Below are positions 34,332-42,664 of a DNA stretch of 58,599 bases, one piece after another. Numbering within the stretch: position 1 is the stretch's first letter; the number at the start of each line of letters is the position of its first letter. The notes beneath the pieces were generated by a model, which searched no databases, was not told the DNA's origin, and saw only the letters and a list, made by a program, of their open reading frames with translations. Source of the stretch: an uncultured Eubacteriales bacterium (GTDB taxonomy: Bacteria; Acidobacteriota; Aminicenantia; Aminicenantales; UBA8522); the NCBI GenBank assembly GCA_964576265.1, contig CAZNVB010000150.1:1-58599 (forward strand), written 5' to 3'. The translations under genes were made by a program, and so were the position numbers.

Positions 34332-35041
34332 GGGGTCTCCTCATAGATGGAGGCGATAGCATCTAGAATGACGATCGCTTTGTCGGCATACCGTTCGTCG
34401 GCGGTCAGCGTATAAGCATAGACGAGGTTCTCCAGCGCCTTGAAGGTCAGCGTTTCGACGACCCAGGAATTGTAGGTCCCGACAAAATAATGATTGCGGC
34501 CGTCGGGGCCACGGTAGCCGTTTCCCTCATCGGGGTGATCGTTGTCGGGAAGCGTGTGTCCGTTCGGACAGGTGACATGCCCGGGATTTTCGAAGCTCGC
34601 CCCGTCCCGAGCCCAGGGTCCCCAGTTGGCGCCGCAGATCGGGCAGCCGCTGATGCCGACGGCAAAGGATGCCCCGGGCAAAGGAACGGTCCGGCGAAGC
34701 CAATCGTCTTCCCGTTTGAGCCATTCGGCGGCTTCCCGGAGGACGGCGTCGGCGATCTGTCGCGCCCAATCATAGCGCTCAATATTCCGTCGTGCGCGTC
34801 GGACGTCGGCCGGAGTAATGAAGACGGTCGGGTGGACCTTTGCGCCTTCGATTTTCAACGTCCCGGATGACCGGGTGAGATCCGATTGCCTTCGCCCCGG
34901 GATCGAGGAAACACGGCTCTCGGACGGTTCTTTCTTCCGCCGTCTGGTCCGCGATATGGAAACGCCGGAGGAGCTGGTTAAGAAAGCCAAACCGTCCCTT
35001 TCATTGCTGGCCGGGGGTACCAATCCTGATCGTCCGGGCAT
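34328..35041 (-). CDS. 237-aa protein: basic S/R-rich N-terminus + alginate-lyase/heparinase-N-terminal-like helical segment with a CxxC...CxxxH cluster
   Basis: ATG 35041 has AGGAGG 7 nt upstream and overlaps the 3' end of the 963-aa gene by 41 nt. Its stop overlaps the next start (ATGA at 34328-34331). The sequence VFITPADVRRARRNIERYDWARQIADAVLREAAEWL...GCPICGANWGPW...VTCPNGH...ALENLVYAYTLTADERYADKAIVILDAIA resembles only the first ~170 aa of much longer lyase-like proteins. The track's longer ORF (to 35539) is a run-through. Confidence 0.5.
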   Translation of the reverse strand: MPGRSGLVPPASNERDGLAFLTSSSGVSISRTRRRKKEPSESRVSSIPGRRQSDLTRSSGTLKIEGAKVHPTVFITPADVRRARRNIERYDWARQIADAVLREAAEWLKREDDWLRRTVPLPGASFAVGISGCPICGANWGPWARDGASFENPGHVTCPNGHTLPDNDHPDEGNGYRGPDGRNHYFVGTYNSWVVETLTFKALENLVYAYTLTADERYADKAIVILDAIASIYEETP

Positions 35042-37883
35042 CTGACGTCCTCCTGTTTTCCCGCGGCGAATTGTCCCGGGCGATGACATAGAAGGTGTGA
35101 TAACCTTCCCCGGGTCGGCCGGTCCAGAGCCACGGCTCAGCGCCGAGTCTGGCCACGGACTTCCCGTCGCAGAAAACTTCGATCTCCTTGATGCCGCTCT
35201 GGTCGCCGCAGGCGATGCCGAGCTGGACGCGGCCGTCCTCGCGGATCGAAAGATCGTCGATTTCAACGGCCGGGCCCGTCGTGTCGGCATGGATTTCTTT
35301 TTGATTGACGACCGTGACCTCGCCGTCGATTTCGAACAGGAACGCTCCGTCCTTTTCTCGCGCTTGAGCGGAGATCTCCCGGAGAATTTTTCCTTCCGGG
35401 TCGAGGATTTGGAGGGGGCCGGCTTCGCCGCTGAAGCGGAGCCGAATCTTCGTTTGATCTCCCGGGGTCGGTTTGACCGCATAGCGGCCCAACGAGAGAC
35501 GGCGGATTTCCACCGGAGCGTTACCCTGAACTTCCGCATAAACGGTGATGGTATCGCCGAGCGTATCGAACGGAGCCAGGCTCAGAGGAATGACCGCTTT
35601 TTTCCCTTGAATAAAGGAGGAAACTTGAGTGATCGGAGCGCCTTCGTCGAAAGAGAGACGAAGAGTCGCTTGCGCTGTCCCCCCGTAGAGATTCGCCACG
35701 GCGAGGCGGCGGGTCATCGTCTTTCCCTTTTCTCCTGAAATCAAGAGGCCTTTCCATCCTCTCGGGAGGACGAGTGTTTGTTCGGCGAGTGATCGGGAAG
35801 CCTGACTGATCGCCGAATGCCCGGTTTCGGGGAAAAAGACGGCGGCCAGATCTCCCGCGGTCTCGCCGGGTTTGAGCTCCACCCCTCGGAGGGGTGAAGC
35901 GAAAATGGTGTCGCACTTATCCTTGTAGGCGTCGGTCCGCGCCCAGTTCCTTCCGACCGTCCTCTCGATTTCGAGTTCTCCCGTGCCGCCGACGAACGCC
36001 GCGCCGAGAAGGTCGTTGACACACCACCAGCTCGAACGTCCTCTGTAGGGTTGCTCGAGGCGACGCTCTCCCGAAGCGTCGAAATAGCGACGGCTCGATG
36101 TCATTCCCGGCCGGGCGTAAAAATAGACCGGGACACCGCTCCAGTCCAGTTTGGCCTTGTCGTTGGCGAGGAATGTATTGAAGAAGATACAAGGACCTTC
36201 AGCGAACGAGAAGAACGCCGCCCGCTGCTCGACGGGTCCGCTGGTCATCCGGCCGGCGGAGTGGAATTGGGTTTCGTCCCGGCGAAAAAGATAGAGGTCG
36301 GAAGGAAGCGGGCCGCGGATTTTTTCACCCCGGCTGTCGGTCACTTCGTATTCTCCCGCGATCGAGTGAGGATGGAGGTAGACCAGCGGTTCGGGCGTCT
36401 TGTCTCCCAGACGGGCCGGGATGACGTAGCCGCAGACACCGCTTCCCGCACCGCCGAAATGCTCGCCTGAAGAAGAAATTGTTCCCCAGGAGAAGGAGGC
36501 GACCTTGAGGCGATCGCGGTGCCATAAGTTTTGCCACCAGCGGTGGTGGAATGTGCCCTCGAGCGCCTGCCAGGCTTTTTCGAAGGAAAGCGGTTCGGCG
36601 CGGCCGTCCCCGTATTTATGAGCCAGGTAGCCGAAGGCGGCTTTGGCCCAGTTGTTCCGGTGGTAATCGTAAATCGGGAGAGCCCGGGAGTTTTTTTGGA
36701 GGAGAAGCGCCGCCTTTTCTTCCAGGGTGGCCGAGACCGGATCTTTTTTGACGATCGCACCATAAAGATAACCGAGGAGCCCCGACCCATAATAGGAATC
36801 GTATTCCATGCCGTGGACCGAGGCCGGCTCTCCCTCAGGAAGACAAAGAATTTTAACCCGCTCGAGCACTCCCTCGAACCCGTTTCCCGGATAGGTGAAC
36901 GTTTCAGGCACTCGTGATTTATAAAGACGGCTGAGAAAATCGACATACCAGAAACCTTCATAGAGTTTGTCGCAGCCGTACCAGATCTGGGCCCAGCCGT
37001 GGTGGTCGCTTGAGTAGTCCTGGTAAAGGTTCCACCCGCGCGCCAACTCATTCAGCGGCTTTCCCTCCACGACAATCGTGCGGGCGAAATCGTGAAGGGT
37101 CGACACCATATCGAGACCGTTCAGGGCGACGATGTCCCAGTAGAGCTTTCGGTCCGGCCTCTCGGGAAAGAGAAAAGCAGCGCCGATCGTGCTGGAGAGA
37201 TCCTGCTTCACCTGGTCCTGGTTTCCGCCCTGGGGAGGTTCCCAAGTCCGGACGAGGCGCTCCTTGGGCGCACCACCGATCATCACTTCCTCGACGAGTC
37301 CCCGTGTTTCTGAGTCGAGCCTGTCCCAGAGTTTGGCGGCGGCGAGGGTCAGGAATCCGACTTCGTCGGCCCGGTAGCCGAACTCGCGGCGCCAGTACTT
37401 ACCCTCGAGAAATTGCGGCGCCGTATCTTCATAGATGTAAGGAAAGCGGTTTTTCACATAGACGCTGGTCAGGCAGCACCAGCGGATCGATTTTACGGCG
37501 TGATCGAGCAGAACGGAGCGGGGAATTTTCTTGGCCGTAAAGTGCGTCTTATCCGTTTCCGTCAGCAGGACGCTGTAGCAGAAATCGACCAGACCGTTGA
37601 GCGGAATGGTGACGATTCCTGCGTAGCCTTTATAGGCGGGAGTCCAGTCGTCGTATTTGCGGGCGTCGAAAAAGCCGCTGTTCGGGATGCGCTTGGAGTC
37701 GTCCACCCAGAGCGGCTCAAAGGCGGCGACCGCCTCTTCGATGATCCCCAGGTAGAGGTCCGTCAGCTCTTTTTCGGTCATTTGGCCCGGGGCCCGAAGC
37801 GACGTCGCGCCGAAAAGGGAGAGAAACGAAAAGACGATTAAGACCGCCGTTGAGCGGCCTCCGTTGTGGCGGGAAAATTTCAT
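35001..37883 (-). CDS. Large secreted hypothetical protein (helical N-terminal half, beta-sandwich/Ig-like C-terminal modules); polysaccharide-lyase-like architecture is a guess only
   Basis: The ORF gives 960 aa from ATG 37883 (AAGGAG 8 nt upstream; the track starts at GTG 37892). It has a signal peptide (STAVLIVFSFLSLFGATSLRAPG) and strong GC3 bias. No diagnostic family motif was recognised. Confidence 0.7.
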   Translation of the reverse strand: MKFSRHNGGRSTAVLIVFSFLSLFGATSLRAPGQMTEKELTDLYLGIIEEAVAAFEPLWVDDSKRIPNSGFFDARKYDDWTPAYKGYAGIVTIPLNGLVDFCYSVLLTETDKTHFTAKKIPRSVLLDHAVKSIRWCCLTSVYVKNRFPYIYEDTAPQFLEGKYWRREFGYRADEVGFLTLAAAKLWDRLDSETRGLVEEVMIGGAPKERLVRTWEPPQGGNQDQVKQDLSSTIGAAFLFPERPDRKLYWDIVALNGLDMVSTLHDFARTIVVEGKPLNELARGWNLYQDYSSDHHGWAQIWYGCDKLYEGFWYVDFLSRLYKSRVPETFTYPGNGFEGVLERVKILCLPEGEPASVHGMEYDSYYGSGLLGYLYGAIVKKDPVSATLEEKAALLLQKNSRALPIYDYHRNNWAKAAFGYLAHKYGDGRAEPLSFEKAWQALEGTFHHRWWQNLWHRDRLKVASFSWGTISSSGEHFGGAGSGVCGYVIPARLGDKTPEPLVYLHPHSIAGEYEVTDSRGEKIRGPLPSDLYLFRRDETQFHSAGRMTSGPVEQRAAFFSFAEGPCIFFNTFLANDKAKLDWSGVPVYFYARPGMTSSRRYFDASGERRLEQPYRGRSSWWCVNDLLGAAFVGGTGELEIERTVGRNWARTDAYKDKCDTIFASPLRGVELKPGETAGDLAAVFFPETGHSAISQASRSLAEQTLVLPRGWKGLLISGEKGKTMTRRLAVANLYGGTAQATLRLSFDEGAPITQVSSFIQGKKAVIPLSLAPFDTLGDTITVYAEVQGNAPVEIRRLSLGRYAVKPTPGDQTKIRLRFSGEAGPLQILDPEGKILREISAQAREKDGAFLFEIDGEVTVVNQKEIHADTTGPAVEIDDLSIREDGRVQLGIACGDQSGIKEIEVFCDGKSVARLGAEPWLWTGRPGEGYHTFYVIARDNSPRENRRTSDARTIRIGTPGQQ

Positions 37884-38115
37884 CGGCTTCACTCCTTATG
37901 GGTTCTCGGGATCGCTTTTTATTTTCATCGCCTTCCATTTATATTATTGAACCGGGGAGAGGTCAACCCCGTTCAAGCCGGCAAGCATCCTTCAACGGGC
38001 GACGGGAAAAACGTCCGCGAAAGGCGTGGAGGACCCGAGCCCTGGCCCCGACATCCCCCGGTTGCCAAGCGGACTCATCCCGCATCCGGAGAAGCTCTCT
38101 TCAAGCTGTCCATTC

Positions 38116-38144
38116 TTGCGCCGGGCGGCAAAATCGAATACAAT
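38116..38144 (+). promoter_or_regulatory. Promoter candidate TTGCGC-17 nt-TACAAT, 8 nt upstream of ATG 38153
   Basis: TTGCGCcgggcggcaaaatcgaaTACAATccccgaccATG. This geometry implies a leaderless or near-leaderless mRNA. Confidence 0.4.
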
Positions 38145-38152
38145 CCCCGACC

Positions 38153-39406
38153 ATGCGGCCGGAAAGCGAAATGAAAAGCTCGATTTCTCCTCCCTCCTCT
38201 CGGCTCGATTCGATCGATCTTTTCCGCGGGCTGACGATCTTTCTGATGATCTTCGTCAACGAGCTCGGCGGGCCGGGAATGGGGGACATCGTCGGCTATC
38301 CCGCCTGGCTTTGGCATGCGATGAAGCCCGACCGGTTTCATTTCGCCGATATCGTGGCGCCGGCGTTTTTGTTCATCATGGGCGTCTCGCTGCCTCTCGC
38401 CGTCAAAAAACGTCTGGAACAGGGGGATTCTTTGGGCCGGGTCTGGCGCCACGTCCTTGTCCGCACGGCCAGCCTGATGATCATCGGTATTTCCATGGGA
38501 AACATGCGGGCGGGCCGGCTGACGATGAGGCCGGTCGGTCTGAGTCCCATGCTCTGGACGACACTCCTCATGGCGAGTTTTCTTCTCATCTGGCTTCAAT
38601 ACCCCAAGGCCGGCGGCTGGAAGAAGGCTGTTTTTCTCGGGCTGCGCCTCGCGGGGGTCGTGCTCCTCGTCTCTCTTCTGGCAGTCTACCGGGAGGGACC
38701 GGAGCTCGGCTGGATCAAGGTCCGCTGGTTCGTTCTGGGCCTCTTGGGCTGGGCCTATCTCATCGGCTTCATCGCCTATCTTCTTTTCAAGCGCCATCCG
38801 GCCGGGATGGTCGGCCTGATCTCGCTTCTTTTTCTTTTAAGCATCGCCGAAAAAGCCGGTGTTTTTTCTCCTTATCCCTGGCTGATGTCCGTCAACAAAG
38901 TCGTCAACCTCGGCTCCGTGATCGGACTTCATCCGGCGATGACGGTCTCGGGCGTGTTCGTCGGCCTGCTCTTCCTTCCGGATTCCCCGGCCGGAACGGG
39001 TGGGAAACGCCTGAAGTGGATGCTCGCTTTTGCCGCCTGGGCGCTCCTGGGCGGGGTTTTTACCCGGCCGCTCTACGGGGCTTTCAAGCAGCAGATGACC
39101 CCGTCCTGGGGACTCTATAGCGTCGGCATCAGCGCGGCCGTTTTCGCCTTCGTCTACTGGCTGGTGGATGTCCGGAGGGTCAGAGCCTGGGGACGGATAT
39201 TCCGGCCGGTCGGGCAGAATCCGCTTCTTCCGTATTTCCTTCATTATATGCTTCACCCCCTGCTCATCGTCCTCGGCATCCACGGCGTCAACCATTATCT
39301 CCATTCCGGCTGGCCGGGCGTTTTCCGAACCCTCGGCGTCACCGTTCTTCTCGTTCTCTTTTCCAACTGGCTGACCGTCCGCTATCGCCTGCGGCTCAGG
39401 CTCTAA
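38153..39406 (+). CDS. Heparan-alpha-glucosaminide N-acetyltransferase-like (HGSNAT/DUF5009/DUF1624) integral membrane acyltransferase
   Basis: The family hallmark is at the N-terminus: RLDSIDLFRGLTIFLMIFVNE...PAWLWHA...FHFADIVAPAFLFIMGVSLPLA. About 10 further hydrophobic segments follow. The track's upstream extension (37850) has non-protein-like composition. ATG 38171 (GGAAAG SD) is an alternative start. Confidence 0.75.
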   Translation: MRPESEMKSSISPPSSRLDSIDLFRGLTIFLMIFVNELGGPGMGDIVGYPAWLWHAMKPDRFHFADIVAPAFLFIMGVSLPLAVKKRLEQGDSLGRVWRHVLVRTASLMIIGISMGNMRAGRLTMRPVGLSPMLWTTLLMASFLLIWLQYPKAGGWKKAVFLGLRLAGVVLLVSLLAVYREGPELGWIKVRWFVLGLLGWAYLIGFIAYLLFKRHPAGMVGLISLLFLLSIAEKAGVFSPYPWLMSVNKVVNLGSVIGLHPAMTVSGVFVGLLFLPDSPAGTGGKRLKWMLAFAAWALLGGVFTRPLYGAFKQQMTPSWGLYSVGISAAVFAFVYWLVDVRRVRAWGRIFRPVGQNPLLPYFLHYMLHPLLIVLGIHGVNHYLHSGWPGVFRTLGVTVLLVLFSNWLTVRYRLRLRL

Positions 39407-39558
39407 GATTCCTGGAAGAAAACCGTGGAGTTCGATCGCCGGTTGATCTTCCAGTTCATCGCCGATAGAATTTCCGGCGTGGAGAGGTCATCGAGTGGCG
39501 ATGAGTTTACTTCGGTCTGCCGGGGAAGCTGAATAACATTTTCTCTCCCGGGGAGGAG

Positions 39559-41397
39559 GTGTGGATGTTCGCAAGACCGTCGATCCTGATTTTTGGAATC
39601 GGCGGAATGATTCTCGCCGCACCGCTTTTTTCTCAAAGCGCGAACGATATTTTCGAGCGCCTGGTCGGACCGGCGGCGAAGATGGATCCCGCCGTCGTGA
39701 AGATGGTCTTGAAAAGCCTCCCGGGCATGAAATTCCGCCTGGATACGGACGGCGACGGGAGGGCGGACACGATCTATTTCATCGACAACCATGAGCGCCA
39801 TTCCGCCGACCGGCAGCCTTTGCTCGTCAAGGTCGTCGACGAAGACGGCGACATGGAGGAGACGGGGGAAGGCGACCGGGACAGCGATCTTTATATCGCC
39901 GACTGGAACGGAGACGGAACGGTCGACCGGGCGGTGGACTACATCGACCTCGATCACGACCAGGATGTGGACGAAGAGGTCCAGTACCGCTGGCATGAGA
40001 ATCTCCAGTTCCGGGACGACACATGGGAATCCCTTGTCTATGACGGACGCGCCTATTCCGCCTTCTGGGCCCGGGATGTCGGCGACGACAACCGCTTGCT
40101 CTTCGAGCGGAACTACGAATACAACCAGGAAACGACTCAGTGGCAGTGCGACTTCAACGGGGATGAAATCATCGTCTACGCTTTTCTTTATGACGCCGGG
40201 GAAAATCGCTTTGTTCCCGGCTGGGAAAATCCCTTCTGCTGGTATGACCTCGATGGAGACGACCTGGCCGAGGAGGTCGTTCGACTGACCGGAAACCGAG
40301 GCATTATCCGCAGCCTCCGCTACAGCTGGGACATCGATGACGACAACGGGGAGGAGAGCCCGCGCGACTATGATCTCTCCATCACGTCGCTCGGGCCTGT
40401 TTCCTACGGTGAAGAGGACTGCTTTCGCCTCGTCCTCAGGGGCATCCCGACGGGTCCGGTCGTCGCCTGGGAAAAAGCCAGGGAGCTGGCCAAGAAGGCC
40501 GACTGGTCGAAGGCCCATCTGACGTTCGATGAGAACGACAACAACATCGACCCGAGAGAAGGGCAGGCCCATAACGAGCGCTGGGAGGGGGTGCTCAACC
40601 ATCCGAACGAGTATTTTCCCCAGGTCGGGGGTCCGTCCTGCGGGCCGTTCAACAAGAGAAACGAAGTCGACAGCGACAATTCGGGCGGCTTCAATTTTTA
40701 TTATTCGGCGGTCGACCGGCGCTGGCATCTGTTTGGCGCGGAGGTCGGCTGGATCAAGGCGGACTACGATTATGACGGAATAATGGACATGGAGATCCGG
40801 TTTGAGGATCGCGACGCCGACGGCTTTTTCGATCTCTGGAAATACGATCTCGACGCCGATGGAGAATGGGACCGGGAGTTTCGACTCGAGAAGGACGAAA
40901 CGGAGCGAGTGCCGTTTGAATATGAACTTCTTCATCGAGCCTACGTTCGCGAACTGGGAACCGTCATCGAGGAGAATCGGCGGTTGATCGAAACTTTGAA
41001 GATAGCGCTCCGGAAACTGGAGCCGAATTTTGTCGTCGATCCGGTGGAGGAGTATTTCGCGGAGCGCTTGGCGAAGGAATACGACCGGGGATTCAGGCTG
41101 GGAGAAAAGATCAAGAAGAGCCGGGAGGCGAATCGGTACTACAGCGACCTGATCCGGGAACGCTATTTCATGCGCTTCTTGAACGTGGCAGAAGGGAAGA
41201 TCTCGGCCGTCGAAGAGATCCTGAAGGTCTTTCAGGCCGGCGAGTACGGGAAGGCGGCGGAAATTCTGGAGAAGGCATTGAAAATTCGGAAAAGTTCGCC
41301 GATTCCGGCTCAAGGGAGAACATGCTCAGGCGCGTTTCGCGAAGGCGTGTGCGGGCAGGGCGCGCCGGCTTTGCCGCCCGATACGCCGCCGCTTTGA
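39559..41397 (+). CDS. Secreted Asp-rich protein with several DxDxDG-type (EF-hand/FG-GAP/dockerin-like) calcium-binding loops
   Basis: Signal peptide: MFARPSILIFGIGGMILAAPLFSQS. Loops: DTDGDGRADTIYFID, DWNGDGTVDRAVDYIDLDHD, DLDGDDLAEE and DRDADGFFDLWKYDLDADGEWD. The GGAGGAGG SD favours ATG 39565 over GTG 39559. GC3 bias favours this strand over the antisense ORF 39403..41313. Confidence 0.75.
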   Translation: MWMFARPSILIFGIGGMILAAPLFSQSANDIFERLVGPAAKMDPAVVKMVLKSLPGMKFRLDTDGDGRADTIYFIDNHERHSADRQPLLVKVVDEDGDMEETGEGDRDSDLYIADWNGDGTVDRAVDYIDLDHDQDVDEEVQYRWHENLQFRDDTWESLVYDGRAYSAFWARDVGDDNRLLFERNYEYNQETTQWQCDFNGDEIIVYAFLYDAGENRFVPGWENPFCWYDLDGDDLAEEVVRLTGNRGIIRSLRYSWDIDDDNGEESPRDYDLSITSLGPVSYGEEDCFRLVLRGIPTGPVVAWEKARELAKKADWSKAHLTFDENDNNIDPREGQAHNERWEGVLNHPNEYFPQVGGPSCGPFNKRNEVDSDNSGGFNFYYSAVDRRWHLFGAEVGWIKADYDYDGIMDMEIRFEDRDADGFFDLWKYDLDADGEWDREFRLEKDETERVPFEYELLHRAYVRELGTVIEENRRLIETLKIALRKLEPNFVVDPVEEYFAERLAKEYDRGFRLGEKIKKSREANRYYSDLIRERYFMRFLNVAEGKISAVEEILKVFQAGEYGKAAEILEKALKIRKSSPIPAQGRTCSGAFREGVCGQGAPALPPDTPPL

Positions 41398-41449
41398 CAA
41401 GCTCGTTCGCATCGTGATAATTATCCCATAGAGGTTAACGAGGTGAATC

Positions 41450-42664
41450 ATGCGAAAAAATCTGAAGACGGATGAGAGGCAGGTGTCGCTGGGCCGGCGG
41501 AGTTTTATAAAGAATGCCGGGCTGCTTTCAGCCGGGGCGGTCCTCGCTCAAAATCAGGCCCGAACAGCCGCGGCGGCGCCCTCCTTATCCCAGACCTCCG
41601 GACAGGGGAGACCGTTGGAGCCGCGGACGCTCGGCCGGACCGGCCTCAAGGTCTCGCCCATCGGGCTGGGGACGATTCCCCTCTTCCGCGCCCCCCGGGA
41701 GCAGGCCATTGCCGTCGTTCGCAAGGCCGAAGAACTGGGGATCAATTACATTGATCTGGCCCGGGGCTACAGGCGAGGCCTGGCCGAGGAATGGGTCGGC
41801 GAAGCGATCAAAGGCCGCCGCGACAAGTTCGTCATCGTCACCAAGTCCACCGACTACACGAGCAAGATCAGCCAGGCCGTCGAGCAGAGCCTCAAAGCTC
41901 TCCAGACCGACTATATCGATGTCTATTGCTTCCATTCGTTGATGCAGGACGAGCAGTGGAAAACCGTCATCGGCCCGAACGGCGCCATGGAAGCGCTGAA
42001 GAAAGCCCAGAAAGAGGGGAAGATCCGGTTCATCGGGATCAGCGGCCACCGTTCCGATCAGTTCACCGAAATCATCAAGGGCGGCGACATCGACCTGGTC
42101 ATCATGATATTCAACTATGTTTTTGACGACGCTCTCTACGATCTTTTGCCCACGGCCAAGGAGCTGAATGTCGGGTTCGCCGGGATCAAGCCCTTTGCCG
42201 GTTGTTTTCTCAATCAGCACGAGCTGAGCCTGCGCTGGATTCTGGAGCATCCCGTGGACGTTACTGTGCCGGGGATGTGGCAGATCGACGAGGTCGTCCA
42301 GAACACCCGGGTGCTGAGAGAATTCACCCCCGTCAACGAGACGGAACGAGAATTCCTGGCTGAGGAAAAGAAGTACTGGTATTACCGGATCTGCCGCGTC
42401 TGCTACCAGTGCAAACCGTGCCCTCAGGGCATCCCCTACACATCGATTTTCATGCTGCCGCTGTTCCTGCGGCGGAACGGCTTCTATTTGACCCTCGAGG
42501 AAAACAAGGGGAAATTCAAATACCTCAACGAAATGGACAAGATCGAAAAGTGCGACCACTGCGGGCTGTGCATCGAGACCTGCAAGTATCACATGCCGAT
42601 CCCGGACCTCATCCGGGACGTTAAACGAACTTACTACGACGTCATCAAACTCTATAAAATCTAA
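41450..42664 (+). CDS. Aldo/keto reductase with a twin-arginine (Tat) signal and a C-terminal double Cys4 (Fe-S) domain
   Basis: Tat motif GRRSFIKNAGLLSAGAVLAQ (RR at 41495-41500). The AKR core has GINYIDLARGY...VIVTKS...VYCFHS. The C-terminus has CRVCYQCKPCP and CDHCGLCIETC (42392-42583). GAGGTG SD. Confidence 0.85.
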   Translation: MRKNLKTDERQVSLGRRSFIKNAGLLSAGAVLAQNQARTAAAAPSLSQTSGQGRPLEPRTLGRTGLKVSPIGLGTIPLFRAPREQAIAVVRKAEELGINYIDLARGYRRGLAEEWVGEAIKGRRDKFVIVTKSTDYTSKISQAVEQSLKALQTDYIDVYCFHSLMQDEQWKTVIGPNGAMEALKKAQKEGKIRFIGISGHRSDQFTEIIKGGDIDLVIMIFNYVFDDALYDLLPTAKELNVGFAGIKPFAGCFLNQHELSLRWILEHPVDVTVPGMWQIDEVVQNTRVLREFTPVNETEREFLAEEKKYWYYRICRVCYQCKPCPQGIPYTSIFMLPLFLRRNGFYLTLEENKGKFKYLNEMDKIEKCDHCGLCIETCKYHMPIPDLIRDVKRTYYDVIKLYKI

